From Octopus bimaculoides (lineage: Eukaryota), in the NCBI RefSeq assembly GCF_001194135.2, contig NC_068981.1:101056942-101106957 (forward strand): 50,016 nt of DNA, given 5' to 3'. Both the position numbers and the translations under genes were made by a program. Of this stretch, positions 11,976 to 22,303 are shown piece by piece (position 1 is the first letter of the stretch; each line of letters opens with the position of its first letter). The notes beneath the pieces are model-generated. The model was given only the letters and a program-made list of their open reading frames with translations. It was not told the DNA's origin and did no database searches.

Positions 11976-13382
11976 TCAGGTCATCCCATAAGTTCTGTCC
12001 GATTTTACCTTTTTTAAAATTGAATGAAATTTAATACTATTTTAGAATGTCTAATGGAATTAAAAATTATTTTCATGCATTTCTGTACATTTAAACTAAT
12101 TAAATATTATTTTACAGAATAATAGAATTAAAATTTCTTTGATTAAAACCCTTTCTAACATGGAAGTATCCAAAGAGCATTTAAAGCACATAATGCTTTA
12201 TGAGTTAAAAAAGGAAACCCTGCAGCCGAAGCGACTCGAAACATACACTCAGTTTATGGGACAGAATGCTTGAATGAAAGAACTTCCAGAAGATGGTTTG
12301 CAAAATTCAGAAGTAGAGATTTCAGCCGTGAAGATGAAGATCGAACAGGACATCCAGTTGAGTTTGATGATAAGCTCCTTGAGGCATTACTTGAAGAAAA
12401 TCCTGCATTATCAGTTGAAGAATTGGCAATAAAGCTTAGTTCAAACCATACAACTGTTCATTGTCATCTTCAACGACTTAGAAAGGTTCCTAAACTTGGA
12501 AAATGGGTGCCTCATGAATTGTCCGAAAGTAACCGCAAATCTCGAGTTGACATCTGCTCTTCTCTCCATTCTGGCAAACTCATTTCNNNNNNNNNNNNNN
12601 NNNNNNNNNNNNNNNNNNNNNNNNNNNNNNNNNNNNNNNNNNNNNNNNNNNNNNNNNNNNNNNNNNNNNNNNNNNNNNNNNNNNNNNNNNNNNNNNNNNN
12701 NNNNNNNNNNNNNNNNNNNNNNNNNNNNNNNNNNNNNNNNNNNNNNNNNNNNNNNNNNNNNNNNNNNNNNNNNNNNNNNNNNNNNNNNNNNNNNNNNNNN
12801 NNNNNNNNNNNNNNNNNNNNNNNNNNNNNNNNNNNNNNNNNNNNNNNNNNNNNNNNNNNNNNNNNNNNNNNNNNNNNNNNNNNNNNNNNNNNNNNNNNNN
12901 NNNNNNNNNNNNNNNNNNNNNNNNNNNNNNNNNNNNNNNNNNNNNNNNNNNNNNNNNNNNNNNNNNNNNNNNNNNNNNNNNNNNNNNNNNNNNNNNNNNN
13001 NNNNNNNNNNNNNNNNNNNNNNNNNNNNNNNNNNNNNNNNNNNNNNNNNNNNNNNNNNNNNNNNNNNNNNNNNNNNNNNNNNNNNNNNNNNNNNNNNNNN
13101 NNNNNNNNNNNNNNNNNNNNNNNNNNNNNNNNNNNNNNNNNNNNNNNNNNNNNNNNNNNNNNNNNNNNNNNNNNNNNNNNNNNNNNNNNNNNNNNNNNNN
13201 NNNNNNNNNNNNNNNNNCCAAAAGAGTTTTACATTGATGGGATTAAAAAGCTTGTAAATAGATGGAAGGAAGTCATAGATAATCAGGGAAAGTACATTGA
13301 TGATTAAATTTCAATTAAATATAACATTTGATCACTTGTTTTCTTTATTCAAAATTCAGACAGAACTTATGGGATGACCTGA
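11976..13382 (+). mobile_element. Mariner (Tc1/mariner) transposon with both TIRs and TA TSD
   Basis: TA|TCAGGTCATCCCATAAGTTCTGTC at 11974-11999 and its exact reverse complement GACAGAACTTATGGGATGACCTGA|TA ending 13382-13384. Confidence 0.95.
12160..13307 (+). pseudogene. Mariner transposase, 1-nt deletion near 12206, catalytic region inside gap 12587-13218
   Basis: MEVSKEHLKHIMLYE / GNPAAEATRNIHSVYG..RRWFAKFR..KLGKWVPHEL and C-terminal FYIDGIKKLVNRWKEVIDNQGKYIDD; WVPHEL is the mariner linker motif. Confidence 0.92.
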
Positions 13383-14637
13383 TATATATATGCATACATA
13401 CATATATATGTATTCACATATACATTTGTATACACATTCTTACATACATATATATGTATGTAAGTAGGTAGGTAAGTATGTGTGTGTATGTGTATGTATG
13501 TGTGTGTGTGTATGTGTGACAGTGTGAAAAAAGAAACAGAACTATAAAATTAAAGAAGTGATATGCCAGCTGTCATTTTTGAGCTACAAGTAAGTCGACT
13601 GTCATATTTATTTATTTATTTGGTTTAATCCGGTCGAAACACTTATAATAATTGTTTTATATGTTTCAATACTTTACACCTATAATACAAAGAAAACATG
13701 GGAAGAAAAAAAAGGAAAAGTGTTACTTGTTTTCACCTTCTTCCATTCCATGCCTCTAAGCCAATGGGAATATGTTTAGGGGGCTCATGTGCTTTTATCT
13801 ATGCATATGAATGCGTGTGTGCGCGTGCGTGTGCGCGCGCGTGTTGTGTATTGTGTGTGTAAGTATGGATGTATGTATTGGCGTAGTGCCCTGTCAAAAG
13901 TGATTGGATATATTTCTGTATTATTTGGTAATTCTTAACGTTTCTACTTCAAACTTTGCACTGTTTTCTTCTGGTGTTTCATTTTGTCTTCTTTCTAGTT
14001 ATTTTTTTCTCTCAAGCATTGTTTCCCTTTCTGCTTTTGATTTCTTGTTGCTGTTTGGCAGCACATCTTTTTCTCTCCAATTCACATCGAACACTGACTT
14101 GCGACAATATTCAGCTTCTTTATGCAATTCGAAGATGATCAATTTCTCTGTTAATGAAAATTAACGAGAATTTCTCCACCAGGTTGACTTGTAATTACTT
14201 GTTGAATAGCTAAAATGTCATCTCCACACTTCCTTTTACGTTTTCACTCTCCGAATATCCTTCATTATTTTCAACCTACATATAAAATTTCTTCTCTTCT
14301 TTTATATCTATATATTGTATCGACGATTGTACATAATAAGGACAAGATTTTAGCATATATCAAATCTGAAACCCCAGGGATAAAGAGCACTGTCATCAAT
14401 AACAAAATAGGTAAAACCTTTGAAGAAATGTAATGTTTTCTTTAAGTTTGTCCTTTAATTGGAGTAATTTCCAAAGATTTCTAACGTTTTTTCATGCTCT
14501 ACTATCAAATTTATTAATGTAAATATATATATGTATATATATATTAATAATATGACAACGAAAGAATGAATGAGACCTCGATATTATGTAAATAGAGGAA
14601 TTTATCTATAAATATAATATAGGACAATCAGTTAGTT

Positions 14638-14708
14638 GTCACAATAAAACTCAGAGTTTCGGATATCGGGGCTGAAGCCTCCTTCAGCTTCTCATCAGTT
14701 ATTAAGAC
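14638..14708 (-). ncRNA. Type I hammerhead ribozyme with canonical core
   Basis: Minus strand GTCTTAATAA-CTGATGA-[GAAGCTGAAG GAGG CTTCAGC CCCGATATCC]-GAAACTCTGAGTT-TTATTGTGAC; stem I 9/10 paired including one G-U; stem III ACUC-U-GAGU; GUU triplet. Confidence 0.8.
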
Positions 14709-14856
14709 AAAAACGCTCTGAAAAAATAAAAAAGTTGAATAAAGGGAAGTTACTCCAATAGACGTGGAGAAAGTAAAACTTCGTTCATAGAATCTGCATA
14801 TATGCGCACATGTACACACATATACATACACGTACGCCCACACACACACACACATG

Positions 14857-14904
<48 letters not shown>

Positions 14905-14949
14905 CATACATACATACTTACACACACACGTGTACATACACACACACAC

Positions 14950-15015
<66 letters not shown>

Positions 15016-15332
15016 ACACGCATACACGCATATGCACACGTATATGTTCCCATGCACACATCATTGTGTTCTTGTACACATCTCTATACGCACATTCACA
15101 TTCGCCGCAAAACTTGAATATACATGAGTTATGTATGTATTAGGGGTGCATATATACATACACAAATACTACCTCCTGTCTGTCAAACACGCCTACACCT
15201 GCAGATATACAAACGTATATACAGACATATATGTATGAAGGAAGGAGACAAGTACAACGGATACAGTCTTACACTCGTATATATATATATATACATACAT
15301 TCGTACACATGTACACATGCACACGTACACAT

Positions 15333-16560
15333 TTGGTATAAGATTTTCCAGTGAATCTTATAGCTGACCCCTTGTTCTTTTAAGGACCATATATTACTGG
15401 ATAATTTGGTCGTTTTTCTTTTATCCCAGTGCCTGAAGCTTAAGGTGTGATTATTAAACCTGGTTTTAAAATTTCCCTCTGTGAGATCCACATATTTCTT
15501 TGATGAAACTGTGTCCTTAGTGGTCGTAGAGTCTACGGTGGCTTCCTAAATGATGGCCTCGGTCATACAAGCGGGCACAAATTTTTATCTTTGCAGGAAC
15601 AGCCGGCTTCATGTTGTTGTTTTTGTGTGATGTGTGCAATTATATTTTTAAAGTTAGTGGTTGAACTAAAACTAATTTTTAGGTTATTCCCATTAAAGGG
15701 CTTCCTATACCTATGATTAATTGCAAAATGCCTATCTATAAGTGATAAGAAATATCTACCTGCATTAAAGGTCACTTCGGGGGAGTAAGGGGGTGTGAAC
15801 CAGATAATTTTTCTATTCCTATGTTTTCTTTTCTTTATTTCTGAACTATCTTTAAGAGTTTTATTATATATTGGGGCAACGTTATTAAATATGTTTATAT
15901 CGGAGGAGAGGCTAGAAATTCTTTTACTAATGTTTTTAACTAAATTCTTAAACACATTGGCGGGGCAGGAACCTACATTAATATAACTAAGTCTATCGTT
16001 GGGCTTTCTACAGGGCTTTTAAATATTCTTATTTAAATCTAAAGATACATCAAGGAAATTGACAACCGTCAGGTTGGTATCTACAGTTATACTAATGTCG
16101 AATGTTTTTATTCAGTGGATAATGTCCTTCCTAAACCGATCTTGCGCTGGTTCATTGATATTTGTAGTTAAACTAGATCATCATCTTTGTAAATGGCGAA
16201 ATATATACCAGGAAAAGTTTTACCCAACGTATCGAGTAGGAATAGCCAATGAGATCGCATATACCTGCTCCATCATATGGCCACATGCTCACAGCGAAAG
16301 CACCCTCTCTATCGGTTGTCTTAACCCACTCTGTGTTCTTGCTGAAGAGTAAAGTCTTTCTAGCATGGAAGATTATGTCCTTATCTTATATACTAATCTC
16401 TATAAATTCGCTTGCGAAGGTAAGGACTTTATCTAGCAGTTTCTTAGAAATAGAAGTATAGAAATCTACAATATCAAATTGTGTAAATCTCGCTTTATTC
16501 TTTTTCCTAATAGCTTTAAACCAGTCAACGTCTTCTATACCATTGGACCATTGTACTAAA
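15333..16560 (-). pseudogene. Degraded Penelope-like RT C-terminal half, CxCx5C linker and GIY-YIG endonuclease
   Basis: WFKAI..FTQFDIVDFYTSISKKLL; VVNFLDVSLDL; NISKRISSLSS; RNRKIIWFTPPYS; CSCKDKNLCPL; IYEATV..KKYVDLTEGNFKTRFNNH..LSSNIWSLK; multiple stops and frameshifts. Confidence 0.9.
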
Positions 16561-17406
16561 CTAGTAGTACATGTGCGTATAGAGATGTGTACATGAACAC
16601 AATGATGTGTGCATGGGCACATATACGTGTGTATGTGCGTGTATGCGTGTATACATGTATATATGTGTGTCTGTTTACATGTGTATATATATATATATAT
16701 ACATGTGTGTGTGTGTATATATATGTACACGTGTGTGTGAGTATGTAAATATATATACACATGTGTGTGTGTGCGTACGTATATGTATATGTGTGTACAT
16801 GTGTGCATATGCAGATTCTATGAACGAAGTTTTACTTTCCCCGCGCCTATTGGAGTAACTTCACTTTATTCAACTGTTTTTTTTCCATAGCGTCTTTGTC
16901 TTAAATGATGAGATGCCGGAGCAGGCTTCAGCCCCGACATCCGAAACGTGTATGTGTGTGAGTGTGTATGTGTGTGTGTGTGTGTGTATGTGTGTATGTA
17001 TGTATGTATGCATGTATGTATGTATGTATGTATGTATGTATGTATGTATGTATGTATGTGTGTATGTATGTATGTATGATTTTCTATATTTGTATATACA
17101 TAGATATCAGGGACGAAAGGCAAAAAACAGGTGTACACAGAAAATATTTGATTAGGTGAGGTGATAAAAATATTTCATTTTACATTCCGAGAATGGAATA
17201 GATAAAACTGCAAGCTGAACTTTAGTTCTTGGAGGTAAACGTAAAATGTCAATTACGGCCGACAAATGTAAGAGAGTTAAATAAGAATGCCTCAGAAATA
17301 GAGAAGCCAATTTATGCTTACAGGCGCTCATTTACGCATGCGCGCGCGCGTATGCATGTATGTATGTATATATGTATGTATGTATGTGTTAGTGTGTGTG
17401 TGTGTG

Positions 17407-17490
<84 letters not shown>

Positions 17491-17594
17491 CTGTTCCTTT
17501 CTGGACAGATTAATACTCAAAATGTAAAACGAATTTTCTACAACATTTATCTGTTGCGTACACCTGTGTTTTCGCTTCTGAGATGTTCAGATTA

Positions 17595-18058
17595 ATCGCC
17601 CAGGAACGAGAGAAAATCTAACAACCAAAATGGATAGACGAATGTTGATGTGGTTTGACCATATGGAGAGGATGCATGAAAAGTGGGTGATAAAGAGGAT
17701 GATGGACACAGAAGTGGCAGGCAGCAGAATGGATGTGGTGAGGAAGCTTTGATGGTTAGAAGTGTGGGAATGAGAGAAGCAAGAGAGTATATAAATAATA
17801 GGAAAGCTTGGAGAGTGTTTGTGAACGGATGAGTGAATTTGATGTTGCTCAAAGGGGTATGAAACCAGCATGATGCGGCGGGGGTAAACCAGTATATGCT
17901 GTTGGGCCCCACTGCTGATATCAGGGGTTCTGTTCTATGCCTTGACCCGAGCATAGGACAGGACTCGCCTCTTTGAGCTGGGAAATGAATAGAATGCCTG
18001 GTGTATGTCTTGCTGTGGCTACCCCCTTCTAAAAAATGGGGAATAGGCCTGGGTATAA
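17595..18058 (+). mobile_element. 3' end of an RTE-clade LINE (ORF C-terminus to TGA 17830-17832, then probable 3' UTR into (TA)n)
   Basis: MDRRMLMWFDHMERM..EVAGSR / AREYINNRKAWRVFVNG* resembles the RTE WFGHVERM..DRxxWRxxV terminus. Confidence 0.75.
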
Positions 18059-18164
18059 TATATATATATATATATATATAGACAGATAGATAGATAGATG
18101 GCTAGATAGATACATACATACATACATACATACATTCATACATACATACATACATACATACACA

Positions 18165-18310
18165 TCTTTCTCCAGTTTTCTCTCGATCCTTTCTGTCGAA
18201 GAGCGTAAGCTTGAAACGTCAAAGACTTTGCCATTCTTCCTGCGCGTTAAACTAATACGCCTTCTTGTTGTTCCCTCACCTGTCTTCGTCTTTTGTTTTC
18301 TGAAAATTTG
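18165..18310 (+). mobile_element. Penelope-like pseudo-LTR fragment with hammerhead-like motif at 18189-18224
   Basis: CTTT-CTGTCGA-A-GAGC-GTAA-GCTT-GAAACGTC-AAAG; downstream CACCTGTCTTCGTCT shared with 5160-5245. Confidence 0.7.
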
Positions 18311-18338
18311 AACTACATGTATACATCTTTACATGTAT

Positions 18339-18390
<52 letters not shown>

Positions 18391-18440
18391 ATACACATCC
18401 CTTTAGACATAAAATATTTTCTTGTTACCATGGGAGATAC

Positions 18441-18584
18441 CTTTCCAGCGTTAAAATGGTGCCCATTCATGATAAATATATCGTCTGTAATTTCATTGTC
18501 TGGAAATTCCATCACGAGATAATTACATTGCAAACCACAATTGTCATTAAATTCATTAGTAACTTCTATGTCATATGTTTTTAT
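18441..18584 (-). CDS. Candidate 144-nt internal coding exon of an unidentified host gene
   Basis: Minus strand TTCATTCTGCAG|ATAAAA...GCTGGAAAG|GTATCT; phase 0-0, stop-free, IKTYDIEVTNEFNDNCGLQCNYLVMEFPDNEITDDIFIMNGHHFNAGK; non-repetitive; no family recognised. Confidence 0.35.
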
Positions 18585-19364
18585 CTGCAGAATGAATACA
18601 TCAATAGACATTATTTGAAGGTTTTTATTCGCAAAGTAAACATATACGTTGCCTTTAAATTAGCATCTATGTCATACTAGAAAGCAATGCAGAAGTTCTT
18701 AATTTTTGTCAGCTTTAAAGCTACTAGATAAAATATGCAGCTGTGCGTAAGTATTAAAGAAAATAAATGGTAAATAAGTCATTTCATTTTACATATATTT
18801 AACGATTAACTAAGTAAATTAAAATGGCTGTCTATGTATGTATCATACTTAGTGTAAATACATCCTTGAAAGTCAAATCTAATCTAGTATTCACGAATAA
18901 ACAGCTATTCCGGCTTTCGCAATATCAATGAATGCTTTTCACTGCTTCCCTGTAAATCAGAGGAGACAAATCTCGTTTAAACGTGTAACTGTCATAGAGT
19001 ACACATAATTGACAAAGCCTAATAAAGCTGAAATGCATCTGGTCATCTCGCCAGCCGCTGCTGGGATGATTTCCGATATATGCTGTGCTTTTAAGCACAG
19101 CACGTCCTCAAGAGATGTTATTTCTGGACGAGTACTGCTTTTATTGCATGATACAGATAAATAATATGATTAACATTGATTTTTACAGAAATACAAAGGC
19201 TACAAATTGGCAGAATCATCAAATACCGAATTGACAGAATCGTCAGCACGGTTCTTTGAAAAGTCAGATGTCAGTTTTCCCTAGAAACAATGCAATTATT
19301 AATAAGGAAAGTAGAAATTAATGCATACAAGATTTCACAGCTCTAGCATTACTTCTATATAGTC

Positions 19365-19470
19365 GGGCTGGGATGGTTGGGTGCGGCGTGAAGGTGCATG
19401 ATCTGGTGTTTAGAGTGTATTGTATCTTTGAATAAGGTGCTTCGTTTCAAGTGGCTCCAGTCTACATCTC
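19365..19470 (+). mobile_element. Possible highly degenerate SINE family B head
   Basis: TGTATTGTATCTTTGAATAAGGTGCTTCGTTTCAAGTGGCTCCAGTC loosely matches 30140-30185. Confidence 0.35.
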
Positions 19471-20929
19471 TTTCTCTCTCCCCCCCTCTCTCTCTCTCTC
19501 CCTCTCTCTCTCATACACTCTCTCATACACATCTTTAATGTTTCGCTAGATCAAGAGTAGGACAGTCGAGAGGTTGTCTATGTCTAATCGCAATTACAAA
19601 GGCACCTAAAAAATCGAGAGCGTGGAACAAGCTACCATGTTATACTCGCTTACGTGTGACGGCCAAGCTTATACATATACGCATGTGTATATGTTGCTAG
19701 AAAGCGCCTCAATCTCAAAGAGCATGCCTCGGGTCAGTATATATACATACACAATACATACATACATAATACATGCATACATACGTGTGTGCGTATGCGT
19801 GTGTGTATGCGTGTGTGTGTATGTGCGTGTGCGTGTGTGTGTGTGTGTGTGCGTGTGTGCGTGCGTGTGTGTGTGTGTGCGTGTGTGCGTGNNNNNNNNN
19901 NNNNNNNNNNNNNNNNNNNNNNNNNNNNNNNNNNNNNNNNNNNNNNNNNNNNNNNNNNNNNNNNNNNNNNNNNNNNNNNNNNNNNNNNNNNNNNNNNNNN
20001 NNNNNNNNNNNNNNNNNNNNNNNNNNNNNNNNNNNNNNNNNNNNNNNNNNNNNNNNNNNNNNNNNNNNNNNNNNNNNNNNNNNNNNNNNNNNNNNNNNNN
20101 NNNNNNNNNNNNNNNNNNNNNNNNNNNNNNNNNNNNNNNNNNNNNNNNNNNNNNNNNNNNNNNNNNNNNNNNNNNNNNNNNNNNNNNNNNNNNNNNNNNN
20201 NNNNNNNNNNNNNNNNNNNNNNNNNNNNNNNNNNNNNNNNNNNNNNNNNNNNNNNNNNNNNNNNNNNNNNNNNNNNNNNNNNNNNNNNNNNNNNNNNNNN
20301 NNNNNNNNNNNNNNNNNNNNNNNNNNNNNNNNNNNNNNNNNNNNNNNNNNNNNNNNNNNNNNNNNNNNNNNNNNNNNNNNNNNNNNNNNNNNNNNNNNNN
20401 NNNNNNNNNNNNNNNNNNNNNNNNNNNNNNNNNNNNNNNNNNNNNNNNNNNNNNNNNNNNNNNNNNNNNNNNNNNNNNNNNNNNNNNNNNNNNNNNNNNN
20501 NNNNNNNNNNNNNNNNNNNNNNNNNNNNNNNNNNNNNNNNNNNNNNNNNNNNNNNNNNNNNNNNNNNNNNNNNNNNNNNNNNNNNNNNNNNNNNNNNNNN
20601 NNNNNNNNNNNNNNNNNNNNNNNNNNNNNNNNNNNNNNNNNNNNNNNNNNNNNNNNNNNNNNNNNNNNNNNNNNNNNNNNNNNNNNNNNNNNNNNNNNNN
20701 NNNNNNNNNNNNNNNNNNNNNNNNNNNNNNNNNNNNNNNNNNNNNNNNNNNNNNNNNNNNNNNNNNNNNTAAAGTATGACCACTAATTTCAGGATACGGT
20801 CTGTAATTTCGCTCTTATAGAAACTCCTACCTACATCATTATAAACACATACAAAATGGAATTTTTCGCTGTGAATGATTGTGTGTGTATATTTTCTTGG
20901 ATCACAATGAGCATCTATTTCGTGAGAAT

Positions 20930-21960
20930 TTACAAAAAATAAATAAATAAATAAAGACGAAAACGGGTATGTAAGTGAGAAATCTTTTACGTTTCGAACC
21001 TACGCTCTTCGACAGAAAGAAACACAGAAATAAACAGGAAGAGAAAATAAAAAAGGCTTTGTGGCTTGCGATCTATCATGGCGAATACCAGACAGAATAG
21101 TCACACAGGAGAGCTAGGAAGAAGGGGAGATAACAAAGTAGTGGTGATTCCAAAACGAAGGTGCGCGTGCGTGGGTATGTGAGAGCGTGTATGCGCGTGT
21201 TGAAGGGGATGGTGACTTTGACGTGTGCGTCTGTGCATGTGTACGTGTATGGATGATTGTGTGGGTGCTGTGGTCAGAGCTAGTGTGCGCGGGGTGGTGT
21301 GATGTGGTGTGGTGTGGTGTGGTATGGTGGTGTGGTATGGTGTGGTGGTGTGTGGTGTGGTGTGGTGATGTGGTGTGGTAGTGTGGTATGATGGTGTTAA
21401 GGTGTGGGAGAGGCGAGAGTGGGGGAAGCAAGGGTGGGGTGTAAGAGATGGGGTGGGGGTGGAATGAGATGTATAGTGATGGTGGGGCTGAAATGTGTAG
21501 GGGTGAGGTGACGAGGGGGTGAAGATGAAGGGAGAAGGTGGGTAGTAGTGAAGAGGGGAAGTAGGTATCAGAGTAAGAGAGGAGAGGAGGGTGGGAGGAA
21601 GTAGGTGAGAGAGGAAGTAGGTGAGAGAGGAAGAGAGGAGAGAGAGGAGGAGGGTTAGATGAAGAGGGGGAGGAGTTGAGCCCATGTGGTGCAAAGGGGC
21701 GAAGAGAGAAGATTAATCCTTGTTCACGGCGAAGACGGGAGTCCGGATGGCTCCTGTGCAAGGACAATCCGAGCACAGACCGGTATTGTAAAGAAACGAC
21801 CAGTAGAGCAGAAATGGCGCGAGAACGGGTTGTTGTTGCCGAGTCTGATGTCTTGGAGGTGTTCCGCGAACCAGTCAACCAAGTGACGTCCCGTTTGACC
21901 GATGTAAAGAGTAGGACAGAGAGAGCAGGAGTTTTTCCTTGGGGCTGGCCAGATTGGAGC
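20930..21960 (-). mobile_element. Second Penelope-like element 3' end: GIY-YIG fragment, C-rich 3' region, pseudo-LTR
   Basis: CSLCPTLYIGQTGRHL..FAEH..IR..SRHF (CCHH-type PLE endonuclease) and RLRREQGLIFSL..APHGLN at about 21670-21950; pseudo-LTR homologous to 5055-5160. Confidence 0.85.
20983..21020 (-). ncRNA. Minimal type I hammerhead-like motif, variant core
   Basis: Minus strand TCTTT-CTGTCGA-A-GAGC-GTAG-GTTC-GAAACGTA-AAAGA; 5-bp stem I; GUA triplet. Confidence 0.6.
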
Positions 21961-22257
21961 AATATCGAGAATAACCAGCCGAAATTGCAAGGAAAATCTG
22001 GATCTCGACTGAAGAGAGAAGACTCCGAATGACATGTCCATGTTTTCTTTGTATCGTCTATCTGTATGTTTTATCCCTTTCTCATATCACCTAAACTGTC
22101 TAGATGTTTTGCGTTCCTGTCCCCTTCCGTATTATTTATATATATATATATATATACCGGAGTGAGCACATAAATGTGCAACAAGGTGGAAAAAAGAGTA
22201 CTCAAATACCAGAGGTAGAGTAATATGCTTTATTTAAAAGCTGCAGAAATATAACAA

Positions 22258-22303
22258 AAAACTGTTACTCGGAATTTCACGTTCCCGTTCATCGGACAGT
22301 TTT
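22258..22303 (-). ncRNA. Type I hammerhead-like motif with CCGAUGA core
   Basis: Minus strand AAAACTGT-CCGATGA-ACG-GGAA-CGT-GAAATTCCGAGTA-ACAGTTTT; perfect 8-bp stem I, GNRA-capped stem II, GUA triplet. Confidence 0.7.

Larger units (their letters stand above)
14638..16947 (-). mobile_element. 5'-truncated Penelope-like retroelement bracketed by inverted pseudo-LTRs
   Basis: RT and GIY-YIG remnants at 15333-16560; 14656-15095 is the reverse complement of 16571-16947 apart from microsatellite length. Confidence 0.9.

Noticed and set aside
13900-14200. Minus-strand ERRQNETPEE peptide reminiscent of Helitron N-terminal charged repeats
   Set aside because: Too short, interrupted by stops, and no Rep or helicase motifs nearby
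19005-19045. TTGACAA-AGC-loop-GCT-GAAATGCATC hammerhead-like motif
   Set aside because: Two core mismatches and no stem I pairing
21290-21400. Telomeric repeat
   Set aside because: GGTGT-like irregular units, not TTAGGG; interstitial and inside a PLE fragment
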